Assembly (NCBI RefSeq): GCF_002105155.1
Contig: NW_019028979.1
Span: forward strand, 248,001-312,000
Source of the DNA: Lobosporangium transversale
Lineage: Eukaryota
DNA length: 64,000 nt
Reading direction: 5' to 3'
A model generated the notes under the pieces. It saw only the letters and a program-made list of their open reading frames with translations. It was not told where the DNA came from and did no database searches. Below are positions 38,868-50,989 of this stretch, piece after piece. Each line of letters begins with the position of its first letter. Position 1 is the first letter of the stretch. Made by a program: the position numbers and the translations under genes.

Positions 38868-39881
38868 ATGAAACTCTATGCTCTCTTCGTTGTCCGCAAC
38901 AATGTCAAGCCCGCCAAGACTGTGATTGATGCCAAGGATCTCAGCGGCTTTGGCTTCTTCCAGAGGTCAAGGTAAAAAATAAAAAAAATAAAAAAACATC
39001 AGCAAAACCTTTTTTTTAAAATGAAGCTCAAGTCAGGACATCCACTAGAAAAAAAAAAGGAAGGAGGACAACCCATCTTTATCCCACAATACACAACAAC
39101 ACAATGAATCATGGAGCGTTGAAAAAATACTACAGCAGCATCATTTTGGTCACGATTATGTCTATTTATGCAGAAATCAGAAGGAGTCGATAAAAAAAAA
39201 AAATACGCAAACTTGCAGGACAACACTGCCAAGGATTTTTTTTTTCTGATATACGTGGCGTTCTATCCTCAATATTTTCTTTTAATAGTGTGGGCGAGTT
39301 CATGACATTTATGGCGCAAACCATTGCTGAGAAGACACAGCCAGGGCAGCGTCAGAGCATTGAAGAATCCAGTAATGTATCCTTTTATTTTATTTTATTT
39401 TGTTTTTGTAGGCATGAATGATTGCTGATACGCTTTCTTTTTTTTCTCCCATTCGTCCATTTGGTCATTTATAGGCTATGTGGGGCATGTGTATGCAAGA
39501 TCAGAAGGTGTTGCAGGAGTAGTGGTGACGGATAAGGAGTATCCTACACGAGTGGCATTTGGACTGTTGAACAAAATTCTGGACGAGTTTACGTCCAAGT
39601 ATCCGAACCCTGCGTTATGGGCATCGCCTGAACAGATTCAATACCCAGAGTTGCAGCAGTATTTGGTCACATACCAGGACCCCAAGCAAGGAGATACGAT
39701 CATGAAAGTGCAACGTGAGCTGGATGAGACGAAAATCATTCTCCACAAGACAATTGAGAGTGTGCTTGAGCGAGGCGAGAAGATGGAAAGTCTGGTAGAG
39801 CGTTCAGATGTGCTGTCGAGTCAGTCAAAGATGTTTTACAAGACAGCAAAGAAGCAAAACTCCTGCTGCGTTATCTGCTAA
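38868..39881 (+). CDS. YKT6: R-SNARE Ykt6, 3 exons
   Basis: MKLYAL...[48 protein letters not shown]-terminal CCVIC prenylation motif. Confidence 0.97.
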
Positions 39882-40116
39882 AAGAAAGAAAGGAGAGTCA
39901 ACAAAAAAAAAAAGAAGATACATCGCCAATAGTTGGAAAAAGTACAGTAAAAGATACAAATATAAACAGCATTGTTTTGTTGCCAATTTTTTTTTAAAAA
40001 AAAATCCTTGATGTCACGCTTATTTAAAGTTTTTATTGGTGGCAAAAAAAAAAAAAAAAAAAAAAAAGCATTATTTTACCATTTCACAATCTTCAACAAT
40101 CATCAACTTGAACAAA

Positions 40117-40449
40117 ATGACATGTCTCAGTCGGAAAGACAATAATCTGCTTAGAAAGCAAGAATGGCAACTCTTATTAGGGGCTAATAATGATATTGTA
40201 AATGCAGCAACAGCAACAATTCCACCTGTTGTTCCTGCAATATTCAAACAAGATACATTCCTAGTCAAAACACTGTTTTCAGAAGCGGAAAAGTACTATT
40301 TGATTTTGATTACAAACCTGAAGCAATGCTGGTTTGAAAAGATGCAAATTGAAGATATTCGACGGCGGTCCATGGTAACAAGTTTGAGGAAAAGATCTAC
40401 TTTCTTTTTCCTAACCCTCAATCTCCTAAAATCTATTGTTGACTTCATT

Positions 40450-40483
<34 letters not shown>

Positions 40484-40693
40484 CCAAGTGTAGAAAATAA
40501 AGAGTTTTGCTTATGAAGAAGATACTCAACTAGAAGCATTACTTTTATCACTCTCAGCCATCTTTAACAAGGTAGAGCAGCAGCAACAGCAAAATAATCA
40601 GCAGCAAGTCCCTGAGCTGGAACAACAGCGACGAATTGAAAAGCACTGTGAAAAAGTAAGGAAGCATAGTATCAAGTTTTATTTTTATTTTTA

Positions 40694-40735
<42 letters not shown>

Positions 40736-41514
40736 CAATTACTAACTTTTAATGATACATAGTTATCACTTTTCGTTGGATTTAATTTTGGTTTGGCAAG
40801 CGTACAATGGGAATTCAAGTTGACGCCATTATTAATGGAAGCCACACCAGCCTCATTCAGTCCAGCAATAGGCACCAATGACGACAACAACAACAACAAC
40901 AACAACAATTTGGATGATGACGAAGAGTTGCTATCCATATTTCCTAAATCCACTTCTAGAACTGGCGCTGGTACTGTCACTAGCTCTAAGCAGTTAGAGA
41001 AACGGACAAAAAGATTCTTAGAGGACAGTGACCTTGAAGACGCAACAAATAATGATATGATGGATGATGAGGATGAAGGTGAAGAGGAGGATGATGAAGA
41101 GGAAGGGGATGAAGATGACGCCGAAGGAGATTATGATTATCTAGACCGATATGATCGTGAGGGAAGAGATAGTATTGGAACTAGAGCCGAAAGTAGATCA
41201 ATGAGACGTAAAAAAAAGAAACGAGTTGTCCAGGGAATGGCCGTGATGTTTGATCAGTTGGTGTTACCGCTGGTCTCAGTTTCCAATGCGTATCGACGTC
41301 AGATCAAGGCGTTAGAAATGGTGATCAAGTCAAAAGAGAATGAAGTTGTTGAAGCACTGGAGATGTTGGAGCAAAATGGGATAAATTATCATAACCGACG
41401 AAAGGCGACAGAACGTTATGATAAGCAAAAGACAGAAACCAAGTTAAAGGAGGTAAAAAAGACATTTGCATGTTTTAAAAAAGGATTGAACATAAATATT
41501 GACAGTTATTGAGC

Positions 41515-41552
<38 letters not shown>

Positions 41553-42168
41553 AAATAGGATCTCGAAAAACTCATAAGGCCTGATCTCTTCACGCCGAGA
41601 GAACTGTTTTCAGGGAAAAACATCCCTGAGTTATGTTCAATCGTGTCGGTCAACGCTGGCAAGCGAGGTAAAACGTGGAGATTTTCATCTGAAGTATCTT
41701 TTTTTTTTTTTTTTTTTTTTTTTTGATGGATTGATAAAGTTTTAATGTATTTTATCTTATTTGTACAAATAGATTCTCATCCATCATCTTTGGATAGTAG
41801 AGTTACTCTTCTTTCACAAGATCCTACTCTATTGACTCAAGCCATACGTGGAGCTCAAAAGAACAGTGGCACTACTGGCAGAGCAAGAGTTGGAGCCGCT
41901 GCTACATCTGGCACGGATGAAAAGGTAAAAAAAAGAAAAAAAAAAGAAAAAAAAAAAAACTATTCATTTTAAACAAAAAGATCTAATGCTACACTGTTTT
42001 ACTGCTGAATGAAAATGACTGATATATTACTTTCCTCTCTTATCCATATTAAAATGATAGGCACTCAAAGAGGCTCAAGAGCTGGAACGTAGACGGGCAC
42101 TTCAGGAACAGCTAGATAAAGAGAAAGTAGCAAAGGAACGGGCACATAAGAAAAAGAAGTTGTTTTAG
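40117..42168 (+). CDS. XLF/Cernunnos (Nej1) family NHEJ factor, multi-exon
   Basis: Head-domain pattern W..L....FLVK...YxILITNLKQCWFE.M.....R; WEFKL; coiled coil LVLPL...LEMVIKSKENEV; C-terminal basic-hydrophobic KKKKLF* resembling a Ku-binding motif. Confidence 0.75.
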
Positions 42169-42300
42169 ATTTTTAAGCCACTCTTGCTCTCCGAGGGATC
42201 TGCATGCACCACTTTTTACTCTTTTATTCTTTGACTCCTCATTCACTCCTCACTCTTCACTCTCAGCTCTTTTCCTTCATTTCTTCCTTCATTCTCTACA

Positions 42301-42531
42301 ATGACATTCCGAACGCTGATCCCATTGACTCGTCAGGTCGCATTCGCACCCTCCCGCCTCTTTTTCTCTACTTCGATTTCTCGCCTTAATAGTGTTGTGT
42401 CTGCAACTCCACCTGCAGCCTTGAATGAAGGCGAAAAACACATTTATACCAAGCTTTTTGAAAAGTTTCAACCAAGCAAACTAGTTGTTGAAGATATTTC
42501 TGGTACTAAAATATATATAAGCTATCCATAC

Positions 42532-42562
<31 letters not shown>

Positions 42563-42772
42563 CCCTAGTAAATAATATTCCTAATCTACAACAAATTGGA
42601 TGAATTCCTAATTTTCATAGGTGGTTGTGGATCCATGTACCAAGTTGAAGTGGTTAGTCCAGAGTTCAAGGGTTTGACCATGGTCAAGCAACACCGTCTT
42701 GTGAACGAGGCATTAAAGGAAGAAATTAAGGGCATGCATGGTATCCGTTTGACAACTAAGGCATCTACGTGA
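42301..42772 (+). CDS. BOL3: Mitochondrial BolA family protein (BolA3/Bol3 type), 2 exons
   Basis: Presequence-like N-terminus; [45 protein letters not shown]. Confidence 0.92.
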
Positions 42773-43145
42773 AACAGTAATGTCAGTAATATAATAAAGA
42801 GGAGGCTTTTTTTTTTTTTTTTTTTTTGAAAGCATCTTAGCATTTTTTTTTTTTTTTTTTTTTATGGACTACAATTGTCGAATGTCGTAGAGTAAGAAGG
42901 ATTGCTATATCGGAAGTATTGACGAAAAGGAACCAGGAGGGAAAGAAAATCCAGTTATCATTGCCAGAACACAAAATTGAAAGTATGAAAGGAAAAAAAA
43001 AATGACATTGTGCATGAGAAAAAATAATAATAAAAAAAAATGACAAAAATCGGAATGACAAAACAAAAAATCATTTCGAGGGAGTTGAACAATTGAACAG
43101 CAGGGCGATTGGAGCTAGTAGTTTCTCTTTTTCGCCGGTACACAA

Positions 43146-43968
43146 TCACTCCTCATCATCCTCCAAATGATCGCCACCGCCCATGTTCAGTCGCTTGTCT
43201 TTCTCCACCTCGAGTTGTCCATATAACAAATACAACGCCTTCTCATTTGATTCAGTAGTGCCTACAATCGTAAACATACGCTCGCCGGACTCGTCATGAG
43301 GCGTCTTGGCAATGGAAATACGCGATCCAGATAGACGGCGGATCTCCGAGATCTTGGATCCGCCTTTGCCAATGATGCATCCCACCATGTCTGCGGGGAT
43401 CGAAATCTCCTGCGTCCGAAGGTTAGCATTGTTAGCAGGTGCGCCTCCGAAGGCTTCGGGACGATTGCGAGTGAAATCCGAGCCATTACCGGTACGAGAT
43501 GTATAATTGGAGTTTGAAGAGCGTGATCCACCGCCGCCACCACCACCCGCAGAATTCATAGATCCATAGCCACCCATTCCAGGTCCACCGGCACCTACAC
43601 GTGTTGTTGCCGAGGGGTTATACAGCACTGTGCCCTGACCACGCTCCCAATCGTCTACAAGACACTTGCCAATTTCATAGATAGCGATACGGATTGCATC
43701 AACCGTTCCTTGAACTTCAACCACACGCTCTGTGGACTGAGGCAACATTTCTTTGGAAGCAACCATGCGAGCCGAGGAAGTGTCCTGGATGTGCTTAATC
43801 TTGAGGCCCTGGCGGCCGATAATGGTGCCCATAAGGTTGTGTGAGATCAACAATCGAATTGATGATGTCTGAGCAACAGGTCGCAGAGGGTTAACTGGAG
43901 TTGTAGGAGGTGAAGAGGTGATAGGATTCTCAAGCAACGTCTGGGCGATGAGCGAGAAGGCCTAAATG

Positions 43969-44002
<34 letters not shown>

Positions 44003-44829
44003 GTAAGCGCATGGGATTTTTTTTTCTTAGTTCGTCTTAATAACACTATGAGAGCCCATAGATACTTTTTCTACAAAAAGAAAAAAAAAAAAAAAACCAC
44101 ACACTAATGAGGCTGCACACATCACACAAAAAATAACAAATGTAACGTGCAGCAGGGTCCTTCTCTTTTGATTCTGAACACAGGCATACACAAAAAAAAC
44201 TTTTGTATGGTGGCTGTTATTTGTTGTTATTGTAAATGAGACCCACATACGTATTCCTTTTCCTAGTCCACGGAGCAATATCCCACACTATTCTGTTCAT
44301 CTCTTGTGTTGTGCTAAATGGCATGGAATGAAAAGAGAAACGATGAAAGTGAAAGGAAAGAGAGCGGAAGGAAAAATGAAGAAGGAGATAAGACTTCTCA
44401 TATCCTTAACCAACTCTTTTATAAAACCAAAATGGTAGAACTTAATCATAAGACAAAAAATAAATTCTCCATTAACCCATTAGGATAGGAGGTCAAAACA
44501 TAGAGCTTATAATTTACCTTGGCAACACCTTCAATGGTGCCAGTAACAGTCAAGACGCGATCGTGAACACCCTGAACCACCTTGGAGACGCCAGCTTTGA
44601 CACCAGTTTGGTCTCGAAGATCAGCCACATTTTTTCCTCCTTTACCAATGATGACTCCAGCTTCCTTTGTCGAGACTAAGGCACGCAAGGTTAGAGGAGC
44701 CTCTGCATCGAATCCCTCACCACCGTTGCCTTCGCCTCCATGATGCTGATCATCATGGTCATGGATATCATAGTCATTGTTACTGGTATTGACATTGTTG
44801 TTATTGATAGCGGAAGGTGCAGTAGCCAT
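43146..44829 (-). CDS. Triple KH-domain RNA-binding protein (Pbp2/Hek2/Rnc1/PCBP family), 2 exons
   Basis: Three KH GxxG motifs: GVIIGKGGKNV, GTIIGRQGLKI, GCIIGKGGSKI. Intron about 43963-44517. Confidence 0.93.
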
Positions 44830-45489
44830 TTTTTTTTTTCTTGAAGTCTTAAACTTGACTTTTGAGTTGAGCAGTGTATGAGGAGGAGGGTCTATTATTA
44901 AATAAACAAGGTAAAGCGTGCGACAGAGAAGGACAGAAAACAAGCAGTTTATGTGAGTTACTTGTTATCGGGTGTGTGAGTATATGTGCGAAGAAGAGAA
45001 TTGAGGGAGAGGAAAGGTAGAATGAGCACATCCACCACGTACGCGTGTCGTACTGCCTCTAAAAAAAATAAAATAAAATACATTAAAATAAATAAAATAA
45101 CGATCAATTACTCAATTCATACAGATCGATGTGCGAGGAAAGAGAAAAGAAAGAGCGCGAGAAAGAGAAAGAGGGAGAGGGAGAAAGAGAGAGGAAAGGA
45201 GCGAAGAAAAAGAGTAATTTGTAGAGAATGAAGGAGAGAAGGGAGAGGTGAATGAAGTGATGAGAAGTAGCACGGATACTTGAAGTAGCGCGGTATCACG
45301 TGGTGAATGGACCCTTAATTATGTTGACAATTACAACGAAGTTTGTTTTGATGGCAACCTTCTTGGTTTTTATTTTTTATAATGAATATGGATCTATCGT
45401 ACAATAGGATTGGATAATGCTCAGAAAAGTATACTAAAGGGGAGTCAGTATAATGAGTTGAGTTGGGCGTTAAGTTTTCTGTTCTTTTT

Positions 45490-48135
45490 TTACAAGAACA
45501 TTTGGCCAGACTGGGTGGTAACAGTTGAAATCTTCTGAATGGCATTGATAAGGGCAGCAGTACGGAAGTCAGTGTTCTTGAGTGCAGCAGTGGCACGGGT
45601 CTCTTCGCAGGCACCAATCATGGTATCCTCAAGGCCAGAGTAGACGAGCTCATGCTCCTCAGCTCCGTGGATGACAGCGCGACGCTCCTGAGGGGTCAAC
45701 TGGCGGCCAGCGTTCTCCTCAACCAAGGTCAAGAGCTTGTCCTTACCAGCCTCCTCCCACTTGCGGGACATACGGCCGAAACGGACGTGCGACAAGTTCT
45801 TGAGCCACTCAAAGTACGAGACAGTGACTCCTCCGGCGTTCAACAACAAGTCAGGAATGACGACCTTACCCTGGGCAACGAGGTAGTCATGCGCAGCAGG
45901 GGTGATGGGGCCGTTGGCGGCTTCACCAATGATCTTGGCCTTGATGTTCTTGACGTTTTTGAGGCCGATCTGACGCTCAAGGGCAGCAGGAATCAGGATA
46001 TCGCACTCGCGTTCCAAAATCTTGATAGGGTCCTCGATCATTTCTGCACCATTGAAGCCACGGAACGATCCCTTCTCGCCACGGTACTTGAAGAGAGCCT
46101 CAACGTCGAGGCCGTTGGGATCATAAGCAGCAACATCGTGTTCACCAATACCAATGATCTTAGCACCGTTGTTGTGGAAGAACTTTGCAGCCCAGTAGCC
46201 GACGTTTCCAAAGCCTTGGACAATGATAGACTTGCCTGCGATCTCGCTGGTCAAGCCAGTCGCCTTCTGGATCTCTGGGAACTGCAAGAACTCACGGATA
46301 CCATAGTAGACGCCCAGGCCGGTGGCCTCATTACGGCCGCGGACACCTCCCTGCGAAATAGGCTTGCCGGTGACGCACCCAGCAGCGTTGACATCCTGGG
46401 GATTGAACTGACGGTAAGTGTCCATGATCCAGGACATCTCGCGAGGGCCGGTTCCGACGTCAGGGGCAGGAACATCCACACCAGGTCCGATAAAGTTCTT
46501 CTGGCAGAGCTCCATAGTGTAGCGACGAGTGATGCGCTCGAGTTGAGCAGGGGTGAACTTCTTGGGGTCGAGCTTGACACCTCCCTTAGCACCTCCAAAA
46601 GGGACATCGACGACAGCGCACTTGTAGGTCATCAAGGAAGCCAAAGCCTCGACCTCCTCGAGGTCAACCTCATCCGAGAAACGGATACCTCCCTTGCAAG
46701 GGAGGCGATGACGAGAGTGCTGGGCACGGTAGCCCTCGACGATGATGTGGGTATCAGGATCGACTTCGACTGGGAACTTGACGCTTAAGACCGAGTCAAC
46801 AGCCCTGATGCCAGTCAAGGTCTTTTCAGGGACACCGCTGATCTTGGCAGCCTATATCAATCATGATGTTATAGATATGTAGCACATGTTAGTTAATATA
46901 GTACGTAATGACTAATAGATAATCGTGGGCTTTAAAGTTACTCAAGGGCAAACAAGTTAGAACAAATCAAGGAATGAAAGGGATTCAAGAGCATCGGGAT
47001 AACTATGTTTTCTTGTTTGTCCATGCATTCTTAATGCACTCTGAGAAATCCTATCGGGTGATTGGCTCTTGCCCGCTCAATCCTAATCTCCAACCCGACG
47101 ATCATTAATTGATACACAACAACAAACAAAATAAGATTATAAAAATAAAAATAAGAAATAAAAAAAGAGTCCCAAGTGCCGATCCTTTCCATCTGTATTT
47201 GTGTTACGGCTGTGTAAGGTTCGTAAGATCAGATCCATCCTGTAGTGCACATCTCTCGGGTCATTCCGTCTTTTCTCTATCTTGCTTTTGTACCCAATGG
47301 AACATTTTTGGCCCAGAGTAATGGGACTTTTAAGCCGGAAAAAGTCGCGAATAGAAAAATTAATGTACACAGGAAAGATAGGAACTTACGCGATCATAGA
47401 AAGTCTCGACAGAGCCCAGGAAACCAGGCTCGTGATCCTCACAGGCCGCGTTTGTGACATGGGTACTCAAGAAGCGGGCAGCGGGAACGGCAACAGAGGC
47501 ACGGTGAAGGCGGATAGCTGAGGCAAGAGAGCTAGAGGGAATGAGGTTGCTTTTGATGTTAGCGTGAAAAAGGACAAAAACAGCCCACGAAATACACGAA
47601 ATAAGATTTGTTTTTGTCGATCATTAATCAATCACAAAAATAACCAGTCAGGAATTCTCAATTCTCCAGTTGTTCAATTATTCCAAAAAGAGACACGAGC
47701 TCATTTGGTGACATGATCCTGATGACTGAAATGAGTTTCCGCAAAAAAAAAAAAAAAAAAGAAAAAAAAGAGGCGCAGGTCCTATCCTATCTTTCCTATC
47801 CTTCTATTCATTCATTTGCTCTTCTCTTAATGATAACGAGTCGCATGCAAAGTAAATCATAATGGGCACCGAGATTAAGGTCTATGGACTGGTTGTAAAT
47901 TACATGTGTCCATTACATGCGAGGTTGAGTCCTTGAAGTGCCTATATCGTAGTTCCATCGCTCCATTGTCCGAGTGCCCCATTGCACATAGCCCCATTTC
48001 CCATTGCTCCATCCCTCCATTGTCCACTTTCCATTGTCCCATATGCTGATATGATTAATATGTATGAATCTTATCCATTGATATGTCATGGTTAGAAACT
48101 TACCCTGGAGTTCTGCGAAGAAGAGCTACAACCAT
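45490..48135 (-). CDS. Mitochondrial glutamate dehydrogenase, GLUD1-like hexameric type, 3 exons
   Basis: Exons 48135-48104, 47531-47390 and 46851-45490. Presequence MVVALLRRTPGSLASAIRLHRASVAVPAARFLS. Motifs GYRAQHS, PCKGGIRF, PFGGAKGG, VPAPDV, QGFGNVG, NAGGVTVSYFEWLKNL. Strong codon bias. Confidence 0.96.
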
Positions 48136-48180
48136 TGTAGGGAAAGTGAAATTGAAGAAGAAAAGGCTAGGGTTAAACAG

Positions 48181-48245
48181 CGAAGAAGGGCAGGGCGGAA
48201 AGGTGAAGAAGGTGAAGAAGGTGAAGAAGGAGAGGAAGAAAAGAA
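48181..48245. repeat. (GAAGGTGAA)n purine-rich microsatellite in the GDH leader
   Basis: About 3-4 tandem 9-mers read directly. Confidence 0.6.
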
Positions 48246-49832
48246 GGAGGACATTTGAGTTGGAGCTATTATATTTATAAATGATCCAATATACTTTTTT
48301 GAATAAACAGTTTGTATTGAACTTGACTTGATCTGGCCTTGATCTGGCTTGGTCTGCCCTGTTACACATTGCTCGCGACGGATCGGATCCCTCATCTATC
48401 AATGCCCGTTGACCACACGAGCGTGTTTTTGTGTTTTGTGCTCATATATCAACTCTTATTTGTTACTTTTCTATCAGCTACCGTACTTCCGTATTCCCCT
48501 TCCCATCACTTTGCACTCTCAAGATGATATCCTTGACCCCTTTTCAATCCATGTCTCCGAGTCTGTTGACCACAGATGGACATGTTGTTGTTACGCTTTT
48601 TTTATTACTTTTATTTTTTTTTTATTGTATTTTTATTCTGTCAGGTTGCCCCAATTTTTTTTTTTTTCTTTTTGCCATCGCCGTGTTGGTATGGACAATA
48701 TCGTAAGGCTCAAATATTTCTTTCCCTTTTCCTTGGGCTTTGCGCACTTTTTTTTTTTTTTTTTTTCCGCTTTGATGAATAAAGGTGACCCGTAATCGCA
48801 ACACCCATAACTATGCTTATAGCATGTTGGAATGATTTGGTTGAAACGAAATCACACATTCCTTTAGATTTCACTATGGCTTTGTATAAATGACACGTTT
48901 AGATTTTTTATCCATATCAGAAACAAAAGATCCATCTATCACTTTCCTTGTGTCATGTAAGCTCTGATGCAACGAAACACATGTTAGATGATCGGTCTTC
49001 TTTATTATTATTCCTCTCGTCAAAATTCCCACGCTGGTCTCCCATTTGGAAGGTGATGAGGTCAATTCCTCTAAGCTGCATGCTTCAACAATTTCTTTTT
49101 ATACCGTTACAAAGCTCGTGAAACGATTATTGCTATTTTACAACTAATAATGTGGCGAACAAGCAAGATCCAATAACGATTATCCAAATTCCACACTTGT
49201 GGTTGGCTCTCTGTAACTCTGCCGGCAGCCTGGAAGTTGGATCGCTGCATTGTGATCACTGTTTCATCCAATCAAATAGCCCTTCATCTTGATATTCTGG
49301 ACACGAGATATACCCATCACCGTATGCAATGGCTCCATTGGTGGCCCGCAATCCAAAAATGAAAAATGAAGAATGAATATTAAACAATAAATGATGAATA
49401 ATAGGAATTACAGCCTTTTTTTACGTGGTGTATCGTAAGGCAGATCCAGAGTAAATGTGTATCTTTTTTTTTTTTTTTTCCTTCAAGAAGGACACAAAGT
49501 GCTGGCGCAGAAGAAGGGGAGCAACGTAAATAGGTTTGTCCTCTTGGACCAGTTCGTTCTCACGAATACAAATTCAGGAATACGGAACGACAAATTGGCT
49601 TAGTTTTGTACAACTGGACAAGGAAAAGGTCATGAAAGTAAGGCTGTGGCCTGTAAAAGGGGGTTTCCCTTGAGGATATTTTTCGGACTCATAATCTTGA
49701 GACGCCTATGTCTCCAAAACTCACTCCTACATTTCCCCTTAATGGGAAAGTGAAATTGAAAAAAAATAAGCCCTTTGTTTTTCTTTTCGTCACTCTAAAC
49801 AAACTCTACTAACTTTCTATCATATCATAAAC

Positions 49833-50702
49833 ATGGATGCTACCATTGCTACAAAAGCCATTCAAGAACTCTACACGAGTTACCGTGCTGCAGAACGCGC
49901 TTGGATCAATTCGATTTCCACTTCAGAGTCCCATGCATCATCTGCTGCTATACAGGATTGCTCACTTCACTATGGAGAGTTAGCCTTTGTCCTTGCAGGT
50001 CTCAAACCATGCGTCTTGGTTCAAATGCCTACATCCGAACTGACCCAAAGCTTGTATCATCAGGTCCTGGAGTCGTACTGGCTAAAATTAGATGTTTACA
50101 AACTTCATCAACAACAAAAACAACAACAACAACAGCCTCAGCAGCATCTGCATAGACCATTTTCATTAGGACTAGATTGTCGATTGATCACCCGAAATAT
50201 CTGTTCTCCTGAAATGTCACTCCAAGGCTGTGTCCTCATCTGGTCCAACCAGACGATCCAATCCCATCCGCAAACTGCAATCATCCAACACGCCATCCAT
50301 CAACTCTTTTCTTCTCCTTCTCTCTCTTCAGATAATGCCACAAATGTTATTTCTGACCATGATTTAGCCATTATGCTCGATATTCCTGGTAGACTTCCAG
50401 AGAACTCTCTCGAGATCCAAAACATGATAGAAGTCTCGTACTGGGACCAAAAAGACGAAAACTATAGGACTATGAGCAGCAGTCATAGCAATCAAAACAA
50501 CAATAGTCATACAGAGGCCAATGATGACGAGCAAATTAAATCAACAGCCTCTTCTTCGCCAATACTCTTGACAGCGTTCGCTGCTCAGCCTGATCAGATA
50601 CCCGCAGTACAAGCCCATTTTCAAAAATATAAAAACACTGTCAGCAGCGTGTTTGGAATAAAACTAAAGCTACATATTCAAGCCATGGCGGACATGGCCT
50701 AA
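49833..50702 (+). CDS. Uncharacterised protein, 289 aa, intronless
   Basis: AAACATGG start context and an open 870-nt frame with globular-looking blocks (YGELAFVLAGLKPCVL; LAIMLDIPGRLP; EVSY; HFQKY). Confidence 0.8.
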   Translation: MDATIATKAIQELYTSYRAAERAWINSISTSESHASSAAIQDCSLHYGELAFVLAGLKPCVLVQMPTSELTQSLYHQVLESYWLKLDVYKLHQQQKQQQQQPQQHLHRPFSLGLDCRLITRNICSPEMSLQGCVLIWSNQTIQSHPQTAIIQHAIHQLFSSPSLSSDNATNVISDHDLAIMLDIPGRLPENSLEIQNMIEVSYWDQKDENYRTMSSSHSNQNNNSHTEANDDEQIKSTASSSPILLTAFAAQPDQIPAVQAHFQKYKNTVSSVFGIKLKLHIQAMADMA

Positions 50703-50773
50703 TTCAATTTTTTTTTTTATCTATTTTAAAAAGAACAACAACCGCTATGTATTATTTGTATTGAAGAGAAAAT

Positions 50774-50807
<34 letters not shown>

Positions 50808-50989
50808 CGTAGATTTTTTTCCTTCTATTAACTCAAGTACAAGTAGTTATAATCAGAGAGTGAGAAAATGAATGAGTAGTCGCAGTTAGCGACGGCAAGA
50901 TCCATCCAGTACAAAGAAAGAGACTATAAATGAAGGAAGGAAAAGAAAAAAGAAAAAAAGCATATAACCTTGGAAGGGACTTGTCTCAT

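Noticed and set aside
45652..46788. 378-aa ORF antisense to glutamate dehydrogenase
   Set aside because: Codon-aligned mirror of a highly biased gene (TTA/CTA/TCA codons avoided); no independent coding signal.
48874..49065. 63-aa minus-strand ORF as a possible gene relic
   Set aside because: Non-ATG start and no recognisable similarity or exon partners.
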